Both the position numbers and the translations under genes were made by a program. Below, piece by piece: positions 22,760 through 36,316 of a DNA stretch of 64,000 nucleotides. The notes below the pieces were generated by a model. The model did no database searches. It was not told where the DNA came from and saw only the letters and a program-made list of their open reading frames with translations. The stretch covers positions 32,001 to 96,000 of the forward strand of contig CBDCCZ010000018.1 of the NCBI GenBank assembly GCA_965215005.1, given 5' to 3'. This stretch comes from Kofleriaceae bacterium (GTDB taxonomy: Bacteria > Myxococcota_A > Polyangia > Haliangiales > Haliangiaceae). Position 1 is the first letter of the stretch. Each line of letters starts with the position of its first letter.

Positions 22760-24063
22760 GACTCGAAGCGGAAGAGCTGGTCGCCGAGGCGCAGGTGCAC
22801 GCCGTCGACGAGCTCGATCGGCCGCGGGATCCGCAAGTAGGTGCCATTGGAGCTTTGCAGATCCTCGACCTCGAAGGCGTGGCCACGACGGCGAAACGCC
22901 GCGTGCGCGCGCGATAAAAATTGGTCGTCGCGATAGACCAGCTCGCCTTCTTCGCGGCCCAAAATGACTTCGTCGGCGACCAAATGGCGAATATCGCGCA
23001 CGCCGCCGCTCGGCAACAGCTGCAGGAGTCGGCCCCATGGACGCCGCGGCGGCGATCCGAAGAGCGCCACGCCGTGACGAACCAGCGGCGCCGGTTCCTG
23101 CTCGTCCTCGTCCACGCGCTCAAAGCGCAGTACTTCGCGTCCCAGCAGCAACGTTGCGCCATGCTCCAGTGCTGCGGTGCCGGCAACTCGACGAAAGACG
23201 CCGTTGAAGGTATCGAGCGGCACGAGCCGCGGGCCGCGCTCGAAGCGGGCGTGGGCGCGGGCCAAGAAGCGATCCTCTTCGAAGGTGATGTCCGCCCCGG
23301 CGCGGCCGACGACCACGAAATCCTCGGCGAGCGGATAACGCACGCCATCGCTGCCGTCGCGGTTGACGGCCACCAGCGTGGCCCAAGCGAGTGCGGCTGC
23401 CGGGTTGCTGGCGGGATCGCGAGCTCCATAAGGAGGCGCGCCGTAGCTGCCGGGCGGTGGCGTTGGCCGGCGCGTGCCTTGGGAATTCGTTCCGATGTTG
23501 GGTTGCTGAGCCGAAGAGAACGCCTGCCCCGGCGCGCGCGTGGCAGGCGAGCTGGGCGCGGCCCCCGAGGCAGGCGCGGGTACAGCTCTAGGCGCAGCGC
23601 TGGGAGCCGGGATCACCGCCGCCCTGGGGGCGGCCAGCGTGGCGGCGATGGCGCTCGCGGCGGCAGCGCTGGGCTCCCCCTCGGGGGGCAGCTTGCCACC
23701 ACATTGTTGGCAAAATGCGAACCCGCCCGGGGTTTGCTGGCTGCAGGTGGGGCAAGTTCGGGTCGGCGAGGTGGCGGCGCTGCGGCTGCCCGTCACCATG
23801 TCGGCTGGCGACGGCATGCGATGCGCTTGGGAATCGGGCTGCGAGCGCGGGCTCAACGTCGTGCCGCAGTTGCGGCAGAAGTTCATCCCCGGGGCATTGG
23901 CGGTGGCACAGGCGGGGCAGCGCACCTCGCCGGGCAACCCTTGCGGCGCCGCGGGCGTCTCACGAGCGGCCGCCGGAGCCGGCTGGCTTGCGAGGCGGGT
24001 CCCACAGTTGAGACAGAAGACCGAGCCATTGGGATTGACGTGACCGCAGTTGGGACAACGCAT
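22756..24063 (-). CDS. Triple zinc-ribbon + tandem FHA-domain protein
   Basis: Three CxxC..CxxC ribbons, Pro/Ala linker, FHA1 (VGRAG..ARAHA..NGVF) and FHA2 (LGREEG..SRAHA..SSNGTY). Confidence 0.88.
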   Translation of the reverse strand: MRCPNCGHVNPNGSVFCLNCGTRLASQPAPAAARETPAAPQGLPGEVRCPACATANAPGMNFCRNCGTTLSPRSQPDSQAHRMPSPADMVTGSRSAATSPTRTCPTCSQQTPGGFAFCQQCGGKLPPEGEPSAAAASAIAATLAAPRAAVIPAPSAAPRAVPAPASGAAPSSPATRAPGQAFSSAQQPNIGTNSQGTRRPTPPPGSYGAPPYGARDPASNPAAALAWATLVAVNRDGSDGVRYPLAEDFVVVGRAGADITFEEDRFLARAHARFERGPRLVPLDTFNGVFRRVAGTAALEHGATLLLGREVLRFERVDEDEQEPAPLVRHGVALFGSPPRRPWGRLLQLLPSGGVRDIRHLVADEVILGREEGELVYRDDQFLSRAHAAFRRRGHAFEVEDLQSSNGTYLRIPRPIELVDGVHLRLGDQLFRFES

Positions 24064-24153
24064 CAGCTCACCACGTTTCCAGGTGCCAGTCGGTTAGGTT
24101 GCCTAATTGCGTTCGCACTCGGCTTGCGCTAAGACCGCCTGCCGAGCTCGTGC

Positions 24154-24183
24154 AAGGTAGCAGGATAATCAGAAAAAGGGCAA
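24154..24183 (-). promoter_or_regulatory. Candidate sigma70 promoter of the FHA-PP2C operon
   Basis: Minus strand TTGCCC-18-TACCTT with extended -10 TG, in an AT-rich intergenic patch. Confidence 0.45.
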
Positions 24184-24192
24184 GTCATTCCC

Positions 24193-25707
24193 GTGGTTAG
24201 CTATTCTCTTAGGAGACCGCTCGGCGGTGTCTGCGCGGTCCTCGCCGCTGCCGTGACGATGCTCGCATGCAGCTCACCAGCGGTGCGCACGGCGCCATTC
24301 CGCGCCCGCCCCGATTCCGTGGAGACTGGAAATCTGCGCGGCCCGTTCGACGGTCGCGTGGTCGATGCCAGCACCGGCGACCCGGTTGCCGGCGCGCTGG
24401 TGTACGCCACGTGGAGCTTTGAGCGCGGGCTCGGGCTGCCGCAACCTGCCGGCTACCGCGAGCACGTGACCACCACCGACACCAGCGGCCGCTATCGGAT
24501 TCCGCGCCAGACCGACCTGCCCGACGACGCCCGGCTCAGCGACTTTGCGCTGGTCATCTACAAGCGCGGCTACGTCGGCTACCGCAGCGATCGGCGATTC
24601 GTCGACCTCAGCGCGCGGCTGGATTTTGCCCAGCGCGCCAACCAGGTCGAGCTCGAGCGCTGGCGCAGCGACTTCTCGCACGCGCGGCATCTGCGCTACG
24701 TCGGCGGCGGTGCTCCCATCGCCTCGCTCACCGCCTGGGAGGTCGACGAAGCGGCCGCCGAGCGTAGCGGGCTCGGCGCTGAGCAGGTGAGCAGCGAGCT
24801 GCTTCCCGGGCGCGGAAGCGGGCCTTACGTGGTGGCGGCGCAGCTTCTCAGCGAGAGTGAAATCAAAGACATCACCGGCTACGACGGCGCCTTCGAGACC
24901 GGCCCGCTCGGCGATGAGCCCGATACCACGAGCTATAGCTCGCAACACTTCAAGGCGCTGGGGCGCGATGAAGGCTACGACGTAGCGCTGCGGGTGTGGC
25001 GACTCGAGCCCGAGGAGGCAACGCAGCGTTACCAGGAGTTGGCCGACACCCTGCCGGGAGTCGAGCTTCGTGATGACCTCGCGACGCGTTCGCTGCGAGC
25101 GACCGAAGACAACATCTTTGGCATCGCGTTCGTCGACCAGCCGCGCGGGCTGGTCACGCTGCTCACGTGTGGTCGGGCGCAGTGCAGCAGCGCCGAGGTG
25201 GCGGCGACCTTGGCGGCGCGGGCGTACGACAAGGTGGTCGCGCGATGGCCGGTCGAGGCAGGTGAGAGCAGCGCGCCCCCCGGTAGCCAGAAATCGGGCC
25301 TTCCAGGACTCGGTGCGCCCGGGGGCGGCGCCGTGCCTGGCGGCGACTCCGGCGACTCCGGCGACTCCGGCGACTCCGGCGACTCCGGCGACGATGAGTC
25401 GGGTGTGCCGGTTCCCGAGGCGACTCCAGAGGTCCCGCCGCCGGCGCCGGCAACGCCCGAATCCAATCCCGCGCCGGCAGCCCCGGTTCCCACGAAGCCC
25501 GCGCCCACTCCCGCGCCCGCGCCCGCAGCGCCGGCCCCCAAGAAGCCCACTCCCGCGCCCGCCCCCGCAGCGCCTGCGCCCGCGCCCGCAGCGCCGACTC
25601 CCACGAAACCCGCGCCCGCAGCGCCTGCGCCCGCCCCCGCAGCGCCCGCGCCCGCAGCGCCGACCCCCACGCGCTCGCAATCGCGCCTGCCCCCATCGAC
25701 GAGGTGA
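24193..25707 (+). CDS. Lipoprotein with carboxypeptidase-regulatory-like domain and Pro/Ala-rich tail
   Basis: Lipobox MLAC; GRVVDASTGDPVAGALV..TTDTSGRYRIP; C-terminal (GDS)n and PAPA repeats. Confidence 0.75.
   Translation: MVSYSLRRPLGGVCAVLAAAVTMLACSSPAVRTAPFRARPDSVETGNLRGPFDGRVVDASTGDPVAGALVYATWSFERGLGLPQPAGYREHVTTTDTSGRYRIPRQTDLPDDARLSDFALVIYKRGYVGYRSDRRFVDLSARLDFAQRANQVELERWRSDFSHARHLRYVGGGAPIASLTAWEVDEAAAERSGLGAEQVSSELLPGRGSGPYVVAAQLLSESEIKDITGYDGAFETGPLGDEPDTTSYSSQHFKALGRDEGYDVALRVWRLEPEEATQRYQELADTLPGVELRDDLATRSLRATEDNIFGIAFVDQPRGLVTLLTCGRAQCSSAEVAATLAARAYDKVVARWPVEAGESSAPPGSQKSGLPGLGAPGGGAVPGGDSGDSGDSGDSGDSGDDESGVPVPEATPEVPPPAPATPESNPAPAAPVPTKPAPTPAPAPAAPAPKKPTPAPAPAAPAPAPAAPTPTKPAPAAPAPAPAAPAPAAPTPTRSQSRLPPSTR
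25342..25392 (+). repeat. Coding 9-bp tandem repeat (GGCGACTCC) x5.7 encoding (GDS)n
   Basis: Read directly from the sequence; followed by degenerate Pro/Ala repeats to about 25670. Confidence 0.9.
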
Positions 25708-25714
25708 ACGAGTG

Positions 25715-27136
25715 ATGAAGCAAGCGATCGCTATGGTGCTGCTGGTGGCTATCGCGGCGCCCGTGCACGCGTGGGAGCCAGAGACCACCCACGCCGGGCT
25801 CACCGAGCGCGCCGCCGAGCGCTCCCAGCTCCACGAGCGCCTGCGCGAGCAGCTCGGCTACGAGCGCGGCTTGTACGCGGCGCTCATCGTGCCGCCGCCC
25901 GACGCGCCGGAGCTGTTCGCGATCTTGGCCCGCCTCAATCCCACCCATGGGTATGTTCCCGACGCCCGCGGCCGCCAACTCGCTCTCGGCTGGCTGACCG
26001 CCGGATCCGTACTCGCAGAGGTGCCCGCGCGGCTCGCAGCCAACCATTTCTTCGACCCCACGTCCGGCACCGGCCTCACCGCGGCCACCATCCGCGGCTT
26101 TCGCAGCCGGCTCCGCAACGCGCTCCTCGGTCGGCTCGCGGGCGACGACGTTCCGACCTCGGGCATCCCAGCGCCGCAGTGGCTCGATCACCCCGATAAC
26201 CCCATGGGTCTGCGCAGCTTCTGGACTCAATACGCCAACGCGGTGAGCGCGGCGAGCCCGGCGGAGCGCGACCGCGCCCTGGCCAGCGCGCTGCTGGCAG
26301 CTGGGGCCATGCTCCACGTCCTGCAGGACATGGGCTCGCCGTCGCACGCGCGCAACGACCTTGCCGCGCATCTCGAGCGCCTCGGCTCCACCACGGATCG
26401 CGGCTCGCGCCTGGAGCGCATCGCCGCCCTCGCCTTTGGCCGTCTCGGCGTACCTGCCGCCGCCAAGCCCGTCACCGCCGCCTCGGCACCCGCGTTTCTC
26501 ACCAGCGCCGACGGCACTGGCTTGGCCGACCTCACCGCCCGCAGCTGGTTCTCCCCCTACACGCTGCCCACCGCCGTCGAGGCGGAGCGCCGGACTCCCA
26601 GTAACGTGCTAGCGACGCGCCTTGCCCGCGCTACGCGGCGTCCAGCCCCGATACCGCCGGGTCGGCTCGACCTCATGCGCGCGCTGCGTGCCGCGCACGG
26701 CGCCCGGCTTGAGAACGACCACGGCACCTGCGTCGCGGCCTATCGACTCGAGGATGAGCAACTCACGTGGCTTCTCGACGACAGCTGCGTGCTCGAGCAG
26801 GTCGCCGAGATCCTGCCCCAGGTCGGCGCCTATGGAGCCGGATTTCTGGACTACCTGTTTCGCGCCGCTCCCACCATCGTCCTAGACGGCGCGCCGCGGG
26901 TAGTCGCCGGTGGCACCGACTTCGGCCCCGGCACGGTGCAGCTCTTTAGCGAAGACACCGCCGGCGCGCGCACTGCCGTCGGTGCCCCCCTTGCGGTCAC
27001 CGGTGCCCGTGCCGGCGCGGTGCTCACCCATCTGCCCGCGCTGCCCGCCGGCGCTCGCCGCTTCGCCATCCTCTATCGCGGTGTCGACGCCAGCGGCCAG
27101 CCGCTCCTTGGTAGCGCCACCGCCAACGTTCCCTAG
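25715..27136 (+). CDS. Secreted zinc-dependent phospholipase C / P1-nuclease-fold protein
   Basis: ATG 25715; signal peptide ending VHA; mature N-terminus W-x5-H; NHFFDP; LHVLQDMGSPSH (HxxxDxxxxxH). Confidence 0.7.
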   Translation: MKQAIAMVLLVAIAAPVHAWEPETTHAGLTERAAERSQLHERLREQLGYERGLYAALIVPPPDAPELFAILARLNPTHGYVPDARGRQLALGWLTAGSVLAEVPARLAANHFFDPTSGTGLTAATIRGFRSRLRNALLGRLAGDDVPTSGIPAPQWLDHPDNPMGLRSFWTQYANAVSAASPAERDRALASALLAAGAMLHVLQDMGSPSHARNDLAAHLERLGSTTDRGSRLERIAALAFGRLGVPAAAKPVTAASAPAFLTSADGTGLADLTARSWFSPYTLPTAVEAERRTPSNVLATRLARATRRPAPIPPGRLDLMRALRAAHGARLENDHGTCVAAYRLEDEQLTWLLDDSCVLEQVAEILPQVGAYGAGFLDYLFRAAPTIVLDGAPRVVAGGTDFGPGTVQLFSEDTAGARTAVGAPLAVTGARAGAVLTHLPALPAGARRFAILYRGVDASGQPLLGSATANVP

Positions 27137-27165
27137 CAGTCCTTCCCGCAGGCGCCTTTGGCCGG

Positions 27166-28109
27166 TTACACGGGGCGCAGCGGCGCCAGCCGGCGCAATA
27201 GCTCGAGCACGGGGAGATCGCGGGGAGTGAGGGCAGCCGCCAGCTCCGCGAGCTCGCGGGCACCGCGCACGTCGCCTTCGGCGAGCAGCGCTTCGGCGCC
27301 TTCTTTCTGTTCGCGAGCCAGCTCTGGGCCTGCAGCCAACGCCTTGGCAGCCAGCTCGGCGCGCCGCGGCTCATCGCCCACCGCCCGCGCCAGCCGCGCC
27401 GCCCACGCCCAAAAGAACGCCGCATGCTCCTCGCTCTGCTGCGCTTCGGCGGCGGTAACCGCCTCTTCGAGCGCTCCGTCTAGCTCGCCGAGCGCTTCGC
27501 TGCAGCGAGCCAACTCGAACCACGCCCAGGCAAAGCAGGGATCGAGATCAATGACCTCTTCGAGCTCTTCGCGAGCTTCCTCGAGCTTGCCCTCCTCGGC
27601 GAGAACCCGGGCCAGCCGCCACCGCGGCGCTGGCGCCTTGCGATCCCGCCGCAGCACCGCGCGACACTGAGCAATCTCGGTGGCGGCTAACTGCTCGCCT
27701 AGCTCCGAGTAGGTCGCGTCGGCGAACTCACCGTCTTTGTCGTAAAGTAGCGCCTCCGCTTCGAGCGTGCCCCATAGCCAGCGATCGAGGCGCGAGCCCT
27801 CGGCAAGAACCTCATCGGTGTCGGCTTCGCGCCGCCATACCCGGCCTTGCTCATCGACGAGCAAGGCGTCGCCAGACAGCTCGCCAAAGCACGTGCGCCC
27901 GTCGGCACCAACCCGCACCTGCCGTGAGGGTGTCACCTGGACCGTTTCGAAGAACATCTCCCCGCCGTCAAACTGCTTGTAGAGCTCGATCAACGCTGTT
28001 GGCAGCGCGGTGTCCACCACCGGCGCCGGCCCCCGCACCACGTGCACGCCCGCGGGATATCGTTTGAGGAGCGCGCGAATGCGCTCCCACGCGTCCGGCG
28101 GAGCGGCCA

Positions 28110-28110
<1 letters not shown>
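27166..28110 (-). CDS. SMI1/KNR4 (SUKH)-like domain + TPR protein
   Basis: LPTALIELYKQFDGG..FGELSGDALLVDEQGRVW..LDRWL, then TPR helices; TGATG coupling to the upstream ATPase. Confidence 0.65.
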
Positions 28111-30293
<2,183 letters not shown>

Positions 30294-30353
30294 GAACAGC
30301 CCCTGGCTAGCTCTTCCGGAAGGCGGCGTCCGCTCGACCCTAAGAGGGCTGAA

Positions 30354-30383
30354 ACGTTACTAAAAATGCCGAAGCCAGGTCAA
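30354..30383 (-). promoter_or_regulatory. Candidate sigma70 promoter of FHA-cpaF
   Basis: Minus strand TTGACC-18-TAACGT, 60 nt upstream of ATG 30293. Confidence 0.5.
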
Positions 30384-30400
30384 GCTGTGCAACGCGCGCT

Positions 30401-30574
30401 TCACAGCAGCTCGGCCGCGGAAGGCACCGGCGCGGATTGCTCAGGCGCTGCAATTGGCGGCTCCTCGGTCCACAGACCAGCGAGCGACTCGCCCCACACG
30501 ACCCAGCCGCCGACGAGAAAGAGGGTAAGCACCCAGAGCCCGATGACTACATCGTGCCACCGCGGTCGCACCAT
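30401..30574 (-). CDS. Small single-TM protein (57 aa)
   Basis: MVRPRWHDVVIGLWVLTLFLVGGWVVWGESLAGLW...; fills the gap between cpaF and the divergent gene. Confidence 0.5.
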   Translation of the reverse strand: MVRPRWHDVVIGLWVLTLFLVGGWVVWGESLAGLWTEEPPIAAPEQSAPVPSAAELL

Positions 30575-30620
30575 CAACAAACGGTAGCACGCAGCGCTGC
30601 GAGCCGGGCATGATGTGCTC

Positions 30621-31205
30621 ATGAAGCGAACGCTCCTCCTCGCGAGCCTGGCGTGCTCGATGCTGCTCGCCGTCGCGTCCGGAACCAATGCCAAGCAAGC
30701 GCCGACGTACCTGTTTGCCGTTACCGACGTGACGCTAGCGGACGGCGTCTCGCAAACGGTTGCCAGCGCCGTGCGCCAGCGCCTCGATGCCGGCATCGCG
30801 GCCAGCCCACGTCTGGTCGCCAAGCTCGAAGGTGCGCCCGATCCGCAAGCCGAGCCAAAGCAGTTTGCGCGCTACTTGGCGCGCAACAACATGGCCGCCT
30901 ATCGCGTCAACGTAGAGGTCTTGGCGCATGAGCTGGCCATCGAGCCGATGCCGGCGCCGCGCAAGGGCAACTACGTCAAAGCCAGCGTGTCGCTGCGGGC
31001 TTTCGGCGAGACCATTCCTAAGCGCGTCATGGCGTTCACCGGTGAAGGCAGCGCGACGATCAAGATCGAAGTCGGCTCGCGGGTGCGCGAGCGCGACAAG
31101 GCGGTCGCTACCGATGAAGCGCTCGAGCTGGCAGTCGAGCAAGCGCTGGCAGAGTCAATTCGCAAGCTCGAGGCGCCCAAGGAGAAATCGGGAAAAAAGC
31201 CCTAA
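30621..31205 (+). CDS. Secreted hypothetical protein
   Basis: Signal peptide MKRTLLLASLACSMLLAVASGTNA; typical codon usage. Confidence 0.7.
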   Translation: MKRTLLLASLACSMLLAVASGTNAKQAPTYLFAVTDVTLADGVSQTVASAVRQRLDAGIAASPRLVAKLEGAPDPQAEPKQFARYLARNNMAAYRVNVEVLAHELAIEPMPAPRKGNYVKASVSLRAFGETIPKRVMAFTGEGSATIKIEVGSRVRERDKAVATDEALELAVEQALAESIRKLEAPKEKSGKKP

Positions 31206-31276
31206 CAGCGCAGCGATCGCCGAGTCGCGCACCTCGGCGGCAATCATGCCGCGGCGGCGGACACCGAGCGCCCGCG

Positions 31277-32191
31277 GTGCGCGGCGTCGCGCTCGGACTT
31301 TGGGACCCTCCGCCTTATGACTCGGCGATTGCCGAGATTGCCGCCCTCGGAGCGACGCACATCGCGCTGGTGGTGAGCTGGCAACAGAGGGACATCCGCG
31401 CGCAGCGCATCCGGCCCGGTCCAGAAACCCCGAGCGATGCGGCGGTGCGCGAGGCGGTGCGCGTCGCGCATGCAGCGGGCCTGAAGGTGCTGGTGTTTCC
31501 CATCCTGGTCATCGAGCGCACGCGGCCGGGGCAGTGGCGCGGCACCCTTCGTCCCGCCGATCGCGACGGCTGGTGGCGGAGCTACGAGCAATTCATCTTG
31601 CACTACGCGAAAATCGCCGCGGCGGAAGAGGCGAGCGCGCTGCTCATCGGCAGCGAGCTCGGTTCCACCGAGACCTGGCGCGATCACTGGTATCACCTCA
31701 TCTCCCGCGTCGAGAGGCTCTATCGCGGCCGCTTGATCTACAGCGCCAACTGGGATCACTACCAGCAGGTGTCGTTTTGGCGGCGTCTCGACCAAATCGG
31801 CGTGACCGGCTACTTCCGACTCACCGACGATCAACGCGCTAGCACTGCCACGCTGGCGACGAGCTGGAAGCGAATCCGCGCTGAGCTGGTCGCGTTTGCT
31901 CGGGCGCAGGGCAAACCGCTTTGGCTCACCGAGGTCGGTTATCTGAGCCGCGATGGGGCCGCCATCGAGCCGTGGAACTACGTGCGCGATACTGCTGTCG
32001 ATGTAGAAGAGCAGCGCCGCGCGTATCGGGCCACGATGGCAGCCTGGAGCGGCGTTGCAGAGCTAACCGGCGTGTTCTTCTGGAACTGGAATGGCGCCGG
32101 TGGGCTCAACGATGAAGACTATACGCCGCGCGGCAAACCCGCGGAGGCGCTGCTGCGTGCCTGGTTCCATCACGATTGCTCAGTCGATTAG
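31277..32191 (+). CDS. Glycoside hydrolase family 113-like TIM barrel
   Basis: [12 protein letters not shown] (acid/base E), YSANWD, IGVTGYF, LTEVGY (nucleophile E), FFWNW; start uncertain. Confidence 0.8.
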   Translation: MRGVALGLWDPPPYDSAIAEIAALGATHIALVVSWQQRDIRAQRIRPGPETPSDAAVREAVRVAHAAGLKVLVFPILVIERTRPGQWRGTLRPADRDGWWRSYEQFILHYAKIAAAEEASALLIGSELGSTETWRDHWYHLISRVERLYRGRLIYSANWDHYQQVSFWRRLDQIGVTGYFRLTDDQRASTATLATSWKRIRAELVAFARAQGKPLWLTEVGYLSRDGAAIEPWNYVRDTAVDVEEQRRAYRATMAAWSGVAELTGVFFWNWNGAGGLNDEDYTPRGKPAEALLRAWFHHDCSVD

Positions 32192-33330
32192 TTTGCCGAT
32201 GCGCTCGAAGCGATAGCCACCGGCCTTCGCCGGGCTCGTGGACCGCCAAATGAACATCGCCTTGCCCTTGATGTTTTCCAGCGGCACCGGTCCCCACACC
32301 CGCGAATCTTGCGAATTGGCGCGATTGTCGCCCATGACAAAGACGTGTCCTTCGGGCACGACGTAATGGACCTGCGGCTCGCACGCACCGGCACTAGCCG
32401 CGTTGGACGCCGGCTCGAGTCGACCGAGCGCCGCCTGTCGCTGGGCCTCGGTGCGATCCTTGTCGGGACCGAGGCACCGCGGGACCGTCGGCAGCTCCTC
32501 CATCTCATCGGCGCGCTCCGGTAGCCGCGGAAAGTCGTCCCTGCTGCGATACTCGCGATAGGTCGGCGTTGCATCTGCCGCGCGCTCGGCATCGTCCTCG
32601 GGGCGCTCGGCCCGATGCATGACGCTGTAGTTTCGATCGCCGACGGTCTCGCGATAGCGGCTACAGCTGCGCTCGTTCCATTGCCCGAAGGTCTCGTCGT
32701 GATCCCAATAGCTACACTCTTGCCCGTCTTGCAGGAGCTCATGAGGCACGGGCTTGCCGTTGACGTAGAGGATGTCGCACCGGACCTCGACCGAGTCTCC
32801 GGCCACCGCTACCACGCGCTTGATGAAGTCTTTCTCCGGCTCGCACGGCATGATGAAGACGATGACCTCACCGCGTTCGGGGGCACGCACCTCGAAGAAT
32901 TTGGTCATCGTGAACGGGATGCGGATCCCGTAGAGAAACTTGTTCACGAAGATGTGGTCGCCGATTTCCAACGTCGGGATCATCGAGCCCGACGGGATCT
33001 TGAACGCCTCGACCACGAACGCGCGCAACAGCAACGCGATCAGCACCGCTTTGCCGATAGAGGCCGCGTATTCGTGAAGCGTTGATTTGCGAGCAAAGGC
33101 AAGGTGCTCGTCAGCCAGGGCATCGAGCACGCTCAGCTCGCGCTTGATGCCGTCGTCATCGCCATGCTCGAGGGCACTCTGCAGGCGATTTGCGTGTGTC
33201 TCGAGCTCCGAGCGAACGACCGCGGGAACCCGGTCTGGGTGCCGGAGCAAGCCGCGGCGCACCTCGTGTAGCAGCGCTTTGCCCTCACGGCGAACCTGCC
33301 GTTCCAAAGAGCGAGGATTCGCGCCGGCCA

Positions 33331-33331
<1 letters not shown>
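32180..33331 (-). CDS. lepB: Signal peptidase I
   Basis: ATG 33331; [13 protein letters not shown] (Ser), DFIKRVV (Lys), [15 protein letters not shown]. Confidence 0.92.
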
Positions 33332-35134
<1,803 letters not shown>

Positions 35135-35168
35135 GCTCGGCGGGTCTACCGCAATTCCCACTGGGAAG

Positions 35169-35366
35169 CTAGCGCGGCTCGTCGGTACGCCACGGCGGCG
35201 AGAGCCACGGCAGGGCCGCCGCAGCCCGGTGCTTCTCGAGGATCAGGTCGATGCCTTGGCGAATGTACTCGGCGACCGGTACCTTGGTGCGCGCGTGCAG
35301 CTCCTTGAGCTGCCGATCCTGCTCCGGGGTCAGGTAAACCGTCGTCGAGATCTTCCGGCGCGCCAC
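35169..35366 (-). CDS. Ribbon-helix-helix DNA-binding protein
   Basis: [45 protein letters not shown]; sits directly upstream of lepA. Confidence 0.85.
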   Translation of the reverse strand: MARRKISTTVYLTPEQDRQLKELHARTKVPVAEYIRQGIDLILEKHRAAAALPWLSPPWRTDEPR

Positions 35367-35373
35367 GCTCGCT

Positions 35374-35402
35374 ACCATACGAGGCGCTTGCCGGGTGGTC
35401 AA
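35374..35402 (-). promoter_or_regulatory. Sigma70 promoter of RHH-lepA-lepB, probably leaderless
   Basis: Minus strand TTGACC-17-TATGGT, ending 7 nt before the GTG. Confidence 0.65.
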
Positions 35403-35493
35403 ACGTGCGAAAGCGCCGCCGCGTGCCGAGGCGGCGGCGGTAGTGACGCGGGCACCTTGCGCGCGCCGGTGGCGCCGTTTAACCTCCAAAATC

Positions 35494-36276
35494 ATGGGGA
35501 AATCCTCGACTTATCGCCTCGTTTCGGTTGCGGCAGCGGTGCTCTTGATCGTCGGCTGCGGCGGCAAGAACAAGCAGTCTGCAAACGATCCCAAGCGCAT
35601 GGCGGGCGGCGACGGCATGGTGCCCGCGGTCGACCCCACCTTGTGCGAGACCTCGGGCAAGCGGGTGGAGACGTTCGATCTCAACCGCGACCAGCGCCCC
35701 GATGTTTGGAAGCTCTACGCCACCATTGAAGAAGGTGGCGCGCGGCTCGAGATCTTGACCTGCAAGCAGGTCGACTTTGACCACGACGGCTCAAAAGACT
35801 ACGTCGTCGCCTACAACAAGAAGGGCGCGCGCGTCTTCGAAAAATACGACTACGACTTCGACGGCGTGTTCGACTCGTTTGCCCAGTTCGACGAGAAGTC
35901 GGGCGCTATCGTCGAAGTGCAGTCGGACAGCGACTTCGACGGCAAGTACGACATCCTCGAGATCTACGGCACCGATGGGCAGCTCAAGTCGCTGCGCCGT
36001 GACCGCAACGCCGACGAAAAGCCTGACCTGTGGGAGCAGTACGAACGCGGCCAGCTCGTGGCGATCCTTTACGACGAGGACTACGACGGCAAGGTCGATC
36101 GCCGCGAGGAGTCGCCAGGCAACACCGCGCCCAACGAAATGCCCCAGCCGCAGCCGGTGGACGGCCAAGATCTCGACACCGGGGCGGACACCAGCGCGGA
36201 CACCGCCGAGCCCCAAGAAGGCGCCGACAGCGCCGACGCGCCGGCGACCACCGAGCCCGCAACCAACACCCCGTGA
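35494..36276 (+). CDS. Lipoprotein with six Dx[DN]xDG-like motifs
   Basis: Lipobox IVGC; DLNRDQRPD, DFDHDGSKD, DYDFDGVFD, DSDFDGKYD, DRNADEKPD, DEDYDGKVD. Confidence 0.8.
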   Translation: MGKSSTYRLVSVAAAVLLIVGCGGKNKQSANDPKRMAGGDGMVPAVDPTLCETSGKRVETFDLNRDQRPDVWKLYATIEEGGARLEILTCKQVDFDHDGSKDYVVAYNKKGARVFEKYDYDFDGVFDSFAQFDEKSGAIVEVQSDSDFDGKYDILEIYGTDGQLKSLRRDRNADEKPDLWEQYERGQLVAILYDEDYDGKVDRREESPGNTAPNEMPQPQPVDGQDLDTGADTSADTAEPQEGADSADAPATTEPATNTP

Positions 36277-36316
36277 GGCGCCGCCGTCGCGGCCCCAGTC
36301 GCGCCGGCCTCGCCCG

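Noticed and set aside
21614..27136. Long N-terminal extensions of ORFs 21614..23038 and 25070..27136
   Set aside because: They overlap neighbouring genes; better starts are GTG 22759 and ATG 25715.
35169..35366. RHH protein as the c-di-GMP-binding CdbA
   Set aside because: It lacks the KRKQSLYF/RSLSW signature I recall for that family, so it is kept as a generic RHH protein.
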